From NCBI GenBank assembly GCA_002792355.1, contig PFOE01000064.1:1-45905 (forward strand): 45,905 nt of DNA, written 5' to 3'. This DNA comes from Candidatus Roizmanbacteria bacterium CG_4_10_14_0_2_um_filter_36_35. GTDB taxonomy: Bacteria > Patescibacteriota > Microgenomatia > UBA1406 > GWC2-37-13. The stretch's first letter is position 1, and each line of letters opens with the position of its first letter. Shown here in pieces: positions 9,356 through 17,784 of the stretch. The position numbers were made by a program, and so were the translations under genes. The notes beneath the pieces are model-generated. The model worked only from the letters and a program-made list of their open reading frames with translations. It was not told the DNA's origin and did no database searches.

Positions 9356-10180
9356 ATGAATAATATTACCGTCGTTATCCATACCTACAACGAGGAAAAA
9401 AATATTGAAGACTGTATCAAATCCGCTTGGCTTCTTATAAAAAATGTTCTTGTTATCGATATGGAAAGTGAAGATAAAACTACCACGATTGTAAAAAATT
9501 TACAAATACTAATTTACAATTTTCCAAAATCAAGTTACGTCGAACCAGCCCGAGAATTTGGCATAAAACAGGTTAAAACCGATTGGGTTTTAATTCTCGA
9601 CGCCGACGAAAGAATATCGAAAGAATTAGCAGAAGAAATCTTAAATGTCATTGCGAGCGAAGCGAAGCAATCTCAATCAAAGCAAGAGATTGCTTCGTCG
9701 CCTTCAGCTCCTCGCAATGACAATGTTACCCATTTTAAAATTCCTCGAAAGAATATTTTCGGCCAAATAAAATGGCTTAAACACGGCGGCTGGTGGCCTG
9801 ATTACCAAATAAGACTGATTAATAAAAAATATTTTGTCAATTGGCCAAAAAGAATTCATTCAACACCCAAAATAAAAGGAGGTCTTGGTTGCTTAAAAAA
9901 TCATCTAATACATTATTTTCACGGTAACCTGGAAAAAATGGTAGAGAAAACAGTTGTCTTTGAAGATATTGAGTCTGATCTTTTATATAAAGCTGGAAAA
10001 ACTGCTAATACCCCAACATTTTTGAGAAAATACTTTGCTGAATTTTATCGAAGAATGTTTAAAGATTTAGGTTTTTTAGACGGAACAATAGGAATTATAG
10101 AATCGATCTATCAAGCCTTTTCCAAAACCATTACCTATTTATTTTTATATGAAAAAAATTCTAAGAGTAGGACTTTATAA
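9356..10180 (+). CDS. GT2 glycosyltransferase with in-frame palindromic-repeat insertion
   Basis: TYNEEKNI, LDADE, WWPDYQIRL; ATG at 9356; carries ~25 aa of repeat-encoded sequence. Confidence 0.85.
   Translation: MNNITVVIHTYNEEKNIEDCIKSAWLLIKNVLVIDMESEDKTTTIVKNLQILIYNFPKSSYVEPAREFGIKQVKTDWVLILDADERISKELAEEILNVIASEAKQSQSKQEIASSPSAPRNDNVTHFKIPRKNIFGQIKWLKHGGWWPDYQIRLINKKYFVNWPKRIHSTPKIKGGLGCLKNHLIHYFHGNLEKMVEKTVVFEDIESDLLYKAGKTANTPTFLRKYFAEFYRRMFKDLGFLDGTIGIIESIYQAFSKTITYLFLYEKNSKSRTL
9646..9722. repeat. Family-A doublet inserted in-frame (VIASEAKQSQSKQEIASSPSAPRND)
   Basis: tgtcATTGC...GCAATct / agATTGC...GCAATgaca. Confidence 0.9.
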
Positions 10181-11222
10181 CCCGTTTCTTGATACTTTAG
10201 GTGGAGGCGAAAAACATATTCTATCAATTATAGACGTTCTCGGCGAACAAGGAGCCGAAATAACTATATTTTGGGATAAAGACTTAACTAAACAAATGGA
10301 AAATCGCTTCTCATTACAATGTTTTAAAACATTAAAATGGTCGCCTATTAAAAATGTTTCCTCTTCTTTAAGGACTTTATCGACTTTAAAGACTTTTGAC
10401 TACTTTTTCTATGTTACCGACGGCAGTTATTTTTTTTCTTCTGCTAAAAAAAACTTCGTTTTCTGCATGGTTCCTGATAAAAAGCTTTACAATTTGAATT
10501 TTTTTAACCGTTTAAAACTATGGAATTATAAATTTATCAGTAACTCGCCTTATACGACAAAATCGTTAACTAAATGGGGTATAAATCCAATCACTATTCC
10601 TCCATATATCGACAATAAATTGTTTACCGACAACCAAAACAAAAAAGAAAAAGTTATTTTATCGGTAGGAAGATTTTTCCCTCACCTTCACAGCAAAAAC
10701 CAAGAAAAAATTATTCAGACTTTTAAACTTTTAAAACTTTCAAACTCTTTTTTTAAAGACTATAAATTAATTTTGGCAGGCGGATTGAAAAAAGAAGATA
10801 AAAATTACTTCAATCAATTAAAGTCGATTACGAAAGATTCATCAATTTTATTCAAGCCAAATGTTTCTCTTGACGAACTTTATAAACTTTATGAACTTTC
10901 AACTTATTTCTGGCACTTCACCGGTTATGGCGTTGATGAAGAAACCCATCCTGAGCAGGTAGAACACTTCGGTATTGCCCCGCTTGAAGCAATCGCATCG
11001 GGTTGTATAATTTTTTGCCACAACTCCGGCGGGCCCAGAGAAATTATCAATAACAACGAAACCGGATTTTTGTTTAATACGGAAAAAGAATTAATAAATA
11101 AAATGGAAATTTTAGAAAAAGATAAAAACTTGAAAGCAAGAATTATCACGATCGGTGCAAAGTTTGTCAAAAAAAATTATAATTATGAAGCTTTTACAAA
11201 AAAAGTTTTAGGACTGACTTAA
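10149..11222 (+). CDS. GT4 glycosyltransferase
   Basis: GGGEKH, SVGRF, EHFGIAPLEA (EX7E) motifs. Confidence 0.9.
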   Translation: MKKILRVGLYNPFLDTLGGGEKHILSIIDVLGEQGAEITIFWDKDLTKQMENRFSLQCFKTLKWSPIKNVSSSLRTLSTLKTFDYFFYVTDGSYFFSSAKKNFVFCMVPDKKLYNLNFFNRLKLWNYKFISNSPYTTKSLTKWGINPITIPPYIDNKLFTDNQNKKEKVILSVGRFFPHLHSKNQEKIIQTFKLLKLSNSFFKDYKLILAGGLKKEDKNYFNQLKSITKDSSILFKPNVSLDELYKLYELSTYFWHFTGYGVDEETHPEQVEHFGIAPLEAIASGCIIFCHNSGGPREIINNNETGFLFNTEKELINKMEILEKDKNLKARIITIGAKFVKKNYNYEAFTKKVLGLT

Positions 11223-11243
11223 TAAGGTCAGACCTTATAATGT

Positions 11244-12128
11244 ATGTCCCATCCTGTTTCCATCATTATTCCCGTCTATAAAAACACCGGGATGTTTTAT
11301 AAATATCTCGAGATTAATAAAAAATTCTTTAATGGTTGCGAAGTGATAGTAATGAACGATTTCCCCCTTGAAAATATTACCAGAACGGTTAAAAAAATTT
11401 ATCCAGAGACAATTGTTATCAACAATAAAAAAAATTTAGGTTTTACCGGTAACGTCAATAAAGGAGTCCTAAAGGCTAAAAGAAACTATGTTTTTTTAAT
11501 TAATTCCGACGTGGTTTTAAAAGACAGTTCTTTTTTAAAAGCTTTGGAATATTTTAAAAAAGACAGAAAACTTTTTGCTGTCGGTTTTTCCCAAATCGAA
11601 AAAGGCGGCAAAATCGTTGGGTCTAACCGCGGTTATTTCCAGAATGGTCTTATCAATCATTCCCATCTATCATCTAATATCTATCATCTAACGTCTAATT
11701 TCTGGGCTGAAGGCGGCGCTTCAATTTTTAAAAGAAGATTATTCATTGACCTTGGACTCTTGGACAATCTCTATAATCCTTTTTACTGGGAAGATATTGA
11801 TCTGTCGTATCGGGCCTGGAAAGCCGGTTATAAAGTCGCCTTCACTCTGGAAGTAATGGTGGAACATCATCATGAATCAACCATAGGTAAATATTTTGAC
11901 CAAAAACAGATATTAAAAACGGCATTTCGTAATCAGTTGATTTTTCAATGGAAAAACTTAACCGACAAAGATTTAATAATTAAACATTTATTGAACTTAC
12001 CTAGATTTGTTTTTACACCAGGATTTTTTGAAGCGGCAGTTAAACTACCAACGATTTTAAAAACAAGAAAAAAAACAGTAAAATTGTTTGTGAAAACGGA
12101 CAGAGAGATTTTAAATTTATTTTCCTAA
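11244..12128 (+). CDS. GT2 glycosyltransferase
   Basis: VSIIIPVY, NLGFTGNVNKG, INSD, WEDIDLSYRA. Confidence 0.85.
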   Translation: MSHPVSIIIPVYKNTGMFYKYLEINKKFFNGCEVIVMNDFPLENITRTVKKIYPETIVINNKKNLGFTGNVNKGVLKAKRNYVFLINSDVVLKDSSFLKALEYFKKDRKLFAVGFSQIEKGGKIVGSNRGYFQNGLINHSHLSSNIYHLTSNFWAEGGASIFKRRLFIDLGLLDNLYNPFYWEDIDLSYRAWKAGYKVAFTLEVMVEHHHESTIGKYFDQKQILKTAFRNQLIFQWKNLTDKDLIIKHLLNLPRFVFTPGFFEAAVKLPTILKTRKKTVKLFVKTDREILNLFS

Positions 12129-12129
12129 T

Positions 12130-12227
12130 TGTCATTCCGACCAAGCGACTGAAAGGAGCGCGTGGAGGAATCTTGAAAAGATCCCTCGACTCGTTCCGAC
12201 ATTCGTCGGGACTCGCTCGGGATGACA
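12130..12227. repeat. Family-A doublet
   Basis: tgtcattccga...gaggaatct-tgaaa-agatccctcga...cgggatgaca. Confidence 0.9.
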
Positions 12228-12238
12228 GAAAGAAACCT

Positions 12239-13813
12239 ATGAAAAAGTACTCACTAATTATTTTAGTTTTCTTAATCAGCTCATTATCTATCAGCTTATT
12301 TTTATATAAATTAACCTCCTCTCCTCCCTGTCTTAACGCCGATGAGGCGGCTAATGCTTACGACGCTTACTCAATCTTAAAAACCGGGAAAGACCAATAT
12401 GGAAATTTTATGCCTTTAAGATTCAAGTCTTTTGGAGATTATAAGCTTCCTCTATTAACTTATATTGCCATTCCTTTCATAAAAATATTCGGACTGAACA
12501 AATTTGGAATCAGAATGGTAAATTTTCCTTTTGTTTTCTTTTTTCCAATTGTAATCTATTTATTAACAAAAGAGCTATTTAACAAAAAATTAATTAGTCT
12601 TCTAGCGGCTTTTTTGATTGCCTTTGCTCCAGGTCTACAACTCCTCGGCCGCCAAGCTCATGAAGGATATATGACCGCGTTTTTTTTGACTTTATCTTTT
12701 TATTTATTTCTTAAATTTTTGAAAAAACAAAACGTTTCTAACTACTTGCTACTAACTACTAGCTACTTATTCATGCTTTTTGGCTACCACTCTTCTCGCC
12801 TTTGGGCTGGTTTTTTCTTACTAGTTTTTATTTATTTTATTAATAAAGCGAAAATAAAATGGTTTTATATCTTAGGATTAATAGCGGCGGTTTTGATTTT
12901 TGGCATTACTGATTTAGTCAACAATCCCTCAAGAATTCAAAATCTTTTATTCTTTAATAATATTGGCTTTTCGTTGAAGATTAATGAATTGAGAAACGAA
13001 GGAGGCAGTCGCCTTCTGTACAACAAACTGACTGTTGGCGTAAAAGATATTACCTCAGAATACTTGCGTTATTTTTCGCCCCAATTTTTAGTTGCGTTAG
13101 GTGATGAAAATTTCCGTTTCGGATTTCCCGGAGTATCTCCGATTACACCTGTTGAATACATTTTTATGTTTGTCGGCCTATATTATCTTTTTAAGAACAA
13201 AGAAAAATGGCGCTTCTTAATTTTGGCAATGCTGTTATTTTCACCTATTTCTGCTTCTTTATCCTGGGCTGGTTTATCAATTACCCGTTCTATTTTTATT
13301 TTTATTCCGGCTTTAATAATTTCTTCTTATGGTATGGTTAATATTTTAAATAAAAAAAACTTAGTTTTATACTTACTACTAGCTACCAGCTACTTACTAC
13401 TGCTTTTTTATTCTTGGGATTTTTATTTAAACCATTATCCAAAAAAAGCTAATATTATTCGTTCTTGGCAATGCGGCTATAAAGAATTAACCTCTTATGT
13501 GGTAAAAAACTATAATATCTTTGACCGTTTCTACATCACAAGAAAAAACGGCCAGCCTTATATTTTCTTTCTTTTTTATCTCAACTATCCACCCGGTCTC
13601 TATCAACAGGTTTCCAAATTATCTCCTTCTGACGAATACGGTTTTGGCCAGATCGAAAGCTTTGACAAATTTACCTTTAGTCTGAGTTATAAAAATACAG
13701 AAAAACATATTGTCGTAATTGGTTTTCCCGATGACTTTTTAGACAAAAACGATTCTTATTTAAAGAAGATAAAAGTTGGACCCGAGGAAATTTTTTTTAT
13801 TAAAGAAAGGTAA
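12239..13813 (+). CDS. PMT/ArnT-like GT-C glycosyltransferase
   Basis: DEAANAYDAYSILKTGKD...GDYKLP motif, multi-TM; the ORF-track N-terminal extension is repeat-derived. Confidence 0.75.
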   Translation: MKKYSLIILVFLISSLSISLFLYKLTSSPPCLNADEAANAYDAYSILKTGKDQYGNFMPLRFKSFGDYKLPLLTYIAIPFIKIFGLNKFGIRMVNFPFVFFFPIVIYLLTKELFNKKLISLLAAFLIAFAPGLQLLGRQAHEGYMTAFFLTLSFYLFLKFLKKQNVSNYLLLTTSYLFMLFGYHSSRLWAGFFLLVFIYFINKAKIKWFYILGLIAAVLIFGITDLVNNPSRIQNLLFFNNIGFSLKINELRNEGGSRLLYNKLTVGVKDITSEYLRYFSPQFLVALGDENFRFGFPGVSPITPVEYIFMFVGLYYLFKNKEKWRFLILAMLLFSPISASLSWAGLSITRSIFIFIPALIISSYGMVNILNKKNLVLYLLLATSYLLLLFYSWDFYLNHYPKKANIIRSWQCGYKELTSYVVKNYNIFDRFYITRKNGQPYIFFLFYLNYPPGLYQQVSKLSPSDEYGFGQIESFDKFTFSLSYKNTEKHIVVIGFPDDFLDKNDSYLKKIKVGPEEIFFIKER

Positions 13814-14465
13814 GGGCAATCACTACATTATAAAAAGTGTGAATAAGAATCGGGATGACCAGACTCTTTTTCTGAAGAAAAATTAATCCATTAACCATGC
13901 TCAAAAGCATATCAGTCGCCATAAATAAAATAAGCATCTGACCAGTAATTTTTGTGTTGGTGAACAAAATTGGAACATGGAGAAAGAAAAAAAGAATACT
14001 GGCAAAAAAAGTTGCTGACAAAACATTTTTTGACTCTTCATAAAGTTTCCTCAAAACAAACCCGCGAGAGAGAATCTCTTCGGTAATGCCAGTAGCTAAA
14101 GAGATTATCAAAATATAGGCAAGAGCAGAAAAAGATGGTGTCTTTTGAAAAAAAATCAGTTTCCCTAATCGATAATAACTGGCTGAAATGCCCGTCAGAT
14201 AAAAAGCCAAACCTATCCCTAAACCGTAAAAAAAGTCATTGATTAATTCCCGCAATTTAAATCGAAGATATAAATATTCACTAATTTTTTTGTTATCAAT
14301 TTTTTTTATGTAGTAAAAAACCGGTAAAACAAAGACCAATGGTTTGGCAATAAATTCGTCAAACCATAAAGGCATTTTTAGATAATTTCGGTAAAAAGCC
14401 CAGACAATCAAAATCACCGCCCAGAGATTTAACGCCTTCTGTGTTGGTGTCACTTTTTCTTTCAT
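13800..14465 (-). CDS. CPBP (CAAX/Abi) family intramembrane metalloprotease
   Basis: EEILSRG, FFFLH, HTFYN motifs; ATG at 14465. Confidence 0.85.
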   Translation of the reverse strand: MKEKVTPTQKALNLWAVILIVWAFYRNYLKMPLWFDEFIAKPLVFVLPVFYYIKKIDNKKISEYLYLRFKLRELINDFFYGLGIGLAFYLTGISASYYRLGKLIFFQKTPSFSALAYILIISLATGITEEILSRGFVLRKLYEESKNVLSATFFASILFFFLHVPILFTNTKITGQMLILFMATDMLLSMVNGLIFLQKKSLVIPILIHTFYNVVIALTFL

Positions 14466-14594
14466 ATTTTCAGATCCCTCCACTTCGGTCGGGATGACAA
14501 TATAAAAATGTCCTCCCTCCTCTTTTCGATCAGCGTAACAGTAACACAATATTTGTCATTCCGAGCGAGTGAAACGAGTCGAGGAATCTTTATA

Positions 14595-14623
14595 AATTTA
14601 CATCTTTTACGATCATAAATCAA
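14595..14623 (-). promoter_or_regulatory. Putative sigma70 promoter inside the spacer of a repeat doublet
   Basis: Minus strand TTGATT-17nt-TAAATT. Confidence 0.5.
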
Positions 14624-14781
14624 GAGAAAGATCCCTCGACTCGGTCGTTTCACTCCCTCGCTCGGGATGACAAATTATTGGTTACGTTCGCTTCGGTCGA
14701 AATGACACGCCAATCTCCTGTCATTCCGATGAAGTCCAAACATTGGTGTCATTCCGAGCGAGTGAAACGAGTCGAGGAATC

Positions 14782-15066
14782 TTACCAGTCTTCACTTAAG
14801 TCTTTAAAATCAAGATTAACTCTTTTAATTAACCATTCTTTCTTTTTTCTATTCCAATTTTTTAATTGTTTTTCTCTCGCTATTGCTTGTTTAACGTCTT
14901 TATACTCTTCAAAGTAAACTAATTTTTTACATTTATATTTTTTAGAGAAGCCTTCTACTAATTCTTGTTTATGTTCAAAAACTCTTCTTTGAAGATTATT
15001 GGTAACACCAATGTATAAAATTCCGGAAAAACTGGACATGATGTAGATGTAATAAGAAGAAGTCAT
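14782..15066 (-). CDS. Small stand-alone GIY-YIG nuclease (UPF0213/YhbQ-like), copy 1
   Basis: YIYIM...LYIGVTNNLQRRVFEH...AIAREKQLK; catalytic Tyr/Arg/Glu pattern intact. Confidence 0.92.
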   Translation of the reverse strand: MTSSYYIYIMSSFSGILYIGVTNNLQRRVFEHKQELVEGFSKKYKCKKLVYFEEYKDVKQAIAREKQLKNWNRKKKEWLIKRVNLDFKDLSEDW

Positions 15067-15073
15067 TGATAAA

Positions 15074-15082
15074 AGTATAACA
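15074..15082 (-). promoter_or_regulatory. Extended -10 promoter of the GIY-YIG gene (repeated at 15536-15544)
   Basis: TGtTATACT located 7 nt before the ATG (leaderless geometry). Confidence 0.6.
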
Positions 15083-15243
15083 CTAGGTTAAGATCCCTCG
15101 ACTCGGTCGTTTCACTCCCTCGCTCGGGATGACAAATTATTGGTTACGTTCGCTTCGGTCGAAATGACACGCCAATCTCCTGTCATTCCGATGAAGTCCA
15201 AACATTGGTGTCATTCCGAGCGAGTGAAACGAGTCGAGGAATC

Positions 15244-15528
15244 TTACCAGTCTTCACTTAAGTCTTTAAAATCAAGATTAACTCTTTTAATTAACCATTC
15301 TTTCTTTTTTCTATTCCAATTTTTTAATTGTTTTTCTCTCGCTATTGCTTGTTTAACGTCTTTATACTCTTCAAAGTAAACTAATTTTTTACATTTATAT
15401 TTTTTAGAGAAGCCTTCTACTAATTCTTGTTTATGTTCAAAAACTCTTCTTTGAAGATTATTGGTAACACCAATGTATAAAATTCCGGAAAAACTGGACA
15501 TGATGTAGATGTAATAAGAAGAAGTCAT
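15244..15528 (-). CDS. Small stand-alone GIY-YIG nuclease, identical copy 2
   Basis: Identical to 14782-15066. Confidence 0.9.
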   Translation of the reverse strand: MTSSYYIYIMSSFSGILYIGVTNNLQRRVFEHKQELVEGFSKKYKCKKLVYFEEYKDVKQAIAREKQLKNWNRKKKEWLIKRVNLDFKDLSEDW

Positions 15529-15692
15529 TGATAAAAGTATAACACTAGGTTAAGATCCCTCGACTCGGTCGTTTCACTCCCTCGCTCGGGATGACAAATT
15601 ATTGGTTACGTTCGCTTCGGTCGAAATGACACGCCAATCTCCTGTCATTCCGAGTGAGTCATAAAGTGACGAATCGAGGAATCTAAAAAAGA

Positions 15693-16532
15693 TTATTTAA
15701 AAAAATCTATTAATATTGGATTTACCTTTTCGGGAAATTCATAAGGTGAGGCATGTCCAGCTCCATCAATTCCGTAAAATTTTATATTAGGAATATTGTC
15801 AATAACTTTTTCATGCAGTTTATATGGCATTGCTTTATCTTTTTTTCCCCATATTAATAATGTTCTTATATTTTTCTTTCCGAGTTCTTTATATTCATTT
15901 TCTGAATTAAATAACGTTCCATCTCTAAAAGTTGATAATAACGAATGTTTAAAACCTGGGTCTTTTAATTGGGGGATATATTTTTTGAAATATTCTGGAA
16001 AATTTTTAGGATGACAAAGGTCTATTTTTATACCAGAAGTTAATATTTTATTACCAAACAAACTCATTATCATTTCTCCAACTCCTGGCAATTTTATTGC
16101 ATTCAATGCGATCGGTACAACTGTAGGCATACCTGCTGGACTTATAAAACAAATTCTCCTGATCAACTTTGAATGACGATTAGCAAAAAATGCAGCAATT
16201 ATTGCCCCCATGGAAAACCCAATAAAATCTATTTGAGAGTTAATTTTTAATGCGCTAAGTAAATTTTTTAGTTGTTTGTAATAAAAATCTTTTGAATATT
16301 CTGTTATCGGTTTATCAGATAAACCTCGTCCGTAAATATCGTATCGTAAAACACGAAATCCGGATTTAACTAAAAAATTAAATGTATGATCTAAATTATA
16401 ATAAGGGACTGAAAATCCATGTATTAATACAACTGTTTGAGCATTTTTGGGACCCAGCAATTCATAATGAGTCATTAATCCATCTGGTAGTTGAATAAAT
16501 TTTTCTGCTGATATTAATGATCTTTTACTCAT
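15693..16532 (-). CDS. Alpha/beta hydrolase
   Basis: IHGF oxyanion motif, GRGLS, GFSMG nucleophile elbow, GKKD, GAGH; ATG at 16532 preceded by TGaTAGAAT. Confidence 0.9.
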   Translation of the reverse strand: MSKRSLISAEKFIQLPDGLMTHYELLGPKNAQTVVLIHGFSVPYYNLDHTFNFLVKSGFRVLRYDIYGRGLSDKPITEYSKDFYYKQLKNLLSALKINSQIDFIGFSMGAIIAAFFANRHSKLIRRICFISPAGMPTVVPIALNAIKLPGVGEMIMSLFGNKILTSGIKIDLCHPKNFPEYFKKYIPQLKDPGFKHSLLSTFRDGTLFNSENEYKELGKKNIRTLLIWGKKDKAMPYKLHEKVIDNIPNIKFYGIDGAGHASPYEFPEKVNPILIDFFK

Positions 16533-16679
16533 GATAATAGAAATAATTCTATCATTTTTTAAGAAAGATCCCTCCACTCGCTTCGCTCAGTCGGGATGAC
16601 AATGGAGGCTTATGTCATTCCGATGAAGTCCAAACATTGGTGTCATTCCGAGTCCCGACTAAGTCGGGATCGAGGAATC

Positions 16680-17771
16680 TTATTCCAGAAAATCTTTTAG
16701 TTTGCGGGCGCGGGTTGGGTGTTTTAGTTTTCTAATTGCCTTGGCCTCGATCTGACGGATTCTCTCTCGTGTCACTCTAAATTCGCGACCGACTTCCTCC
16801 AAAGTTTTAGACTTGCCGTCCTCCAAACCAAATCTCATCATTAATACTTTTTTTTCTCTTGGCGACAAAGTGTCTAAGACTTTATTGAGGGCGTCTTTGA
16901 GTAACTCACGGGAAACTTTATCATAAAGAGTTGGCTGGTTGACGTCGGCGACAAACTGTTCGAGGGTTGCTTCTTTGTCGTCTCCAACCGGAGTCGACAG
17001 AGACCGCGGCTGCTGTGAGATTTTCATCAGATTCTCAATTTCGTCGGTAGACATTTGCATCTCGCAGGCAATCTCTTTTACCGTTGGTTCTCTTCCTAAT
17101 TTTTGAACTAATCTCCTTTGTGTTTTATAAAAACGGTTTATATGGTCGACCATGTGTACTGGAATCCTGATAGTTCGGGATTGATCGGCGATGGCGCGGG
17201 TAATTGCCTGTCTGATCCACCAGGTCGCATAAGTAGAGAACTTAAAACCGCGTCTCCAGTCATATTTTTCTACACCGCGGATCAGCCCCTTATTGCCTTC
17301 TTGTATTAAATCAAGGAACGATAGTCTCCTGCCGAGATATTTCTTAGCTATAGAAACAACCAATCTTAAATTGGCCTTAGTCAACTTGTCTTTTGCTTTT
17401 TTATCGCCTTTTTCGTATTTTTTTGCCAGAGAAATCTCTTCGTCAAAAGAAAGTAGAGGGGTTTTTCCAATTTCCTTAAGATACATCTTTATAGGATCTA
17501 ATGACTCGCCGTGCTTTAAAACTACCAGTTGCTCTAGTTCTTTTTCTATTTCTTCGACTGATTTCCTCGCTTCGACTTCTTCTCTTGTTGATACTGTTTC
17601 AAAAATATCGATGCCTTTTTTTAGAGCCTCGTTAAAAAACTCGTCTATTTTTTCTATGTGTTTTTCCGGATCAGGATAAACCAAAAGAATATCATCTTGA
17701 ACTAAGAAACCATCTTCTTTACCTTGATTAAGTAATTCTTTTAAAGTTCTGGGAAACCGGTGTTTCATCAT
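16680..17771 (-). CDS. rpoD: RNA polymerase primary sigma factor
   Basis: [48 protein letters not shown]. Confidence 0.97.
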   Translation of the reverse strand: MMKHRFPRTLKELLNQGKEDGFLVQDDILLVYPDPEKHIEKIDEFFNEALKKGIDIFETVSTREEVEARKSVEEIEKELEQLVVLKHGESLDPIKMYLKEIGKTPLLSFDEEISLAKKYEKGDKKAKDKLTKANLRLVVSIAKKYLGRRLSFLDLIQEGNKGLIRGVEKYDWRRGFKFSTYATWWIRQAITRAIADQSRTIRIPVHMVDHINRFYKTQRRLVQKLGREPTVKEIACEMQMSTDEIENLMKISQQPRSLSTPVGDDKEATLEQFVADVNQPTLYDKVSRELLKDALNKVLDTLSPREKKVLMMRFGLEDGKSKTLEEVGREFRVTRERIRQIEAKAIRKLKHPTRARKLKDFLE

Positions 17772-17784
17772 AATAATGATTCTA

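Larger units (their letters stand above)
14628..15653. repeat. Exact tandem repeat, 462-bp unit x 2.2
   Basis: Sequence at position n matches n+462 by eye; the 102-bp block occurs three times (14628, 15090, 15552). Confidence 0.95.
14472..16680. mobile_element. Cluster of family-A hairpin arms bracketing GIY-YIG and hydrolase genes (candidate REP-associated nuclease/cassette locus)
   Basis: Full arms at 14472-14499, 14554-14589, 14629-14672, 14747-14782, 15091-15134, 15209-15244, 15553-15596, 15643-15684, 16566-16601, 16641-16680, plus partial arms. Confidence 0.65.

Noticed and set aside
11210-11236. aggactgactt/aaggtcagacct imperfect inverted repeat
   Set aside because: Single short copy in the window; not enough support for a terminator or repeat family.
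12173-12238. ORF-track N-terminal extensions (also 14466-14549, 16533-16577, 41617-41634)
   Set aside because: They start inside or run through repeat arms; downstream ATGs give normal protein starts.
13845-13860. cgggatgac arm-like motif in the CPBP gene
   Set aside because: Only ~9 nt match with no full arm; explained by Val-Ile-Pro codons.
14462-15379. ORFs 14462-14653, 14678-14917 and 15140-15379
   Set aside because: Translations of repeat arms or the antisense strand of GIY-YIG; no protein features.
14472-16680. CRISPR array
   Set aside because: The repeats alternate in orientation, spacers are irregular or identical rather than unique, and there are no cas genes.
14472-16680. Classical integron attC array
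   Set aside because: No tyrosine integrase in the window, and the arms lack RYYYAAC/GTTRRRY ends.
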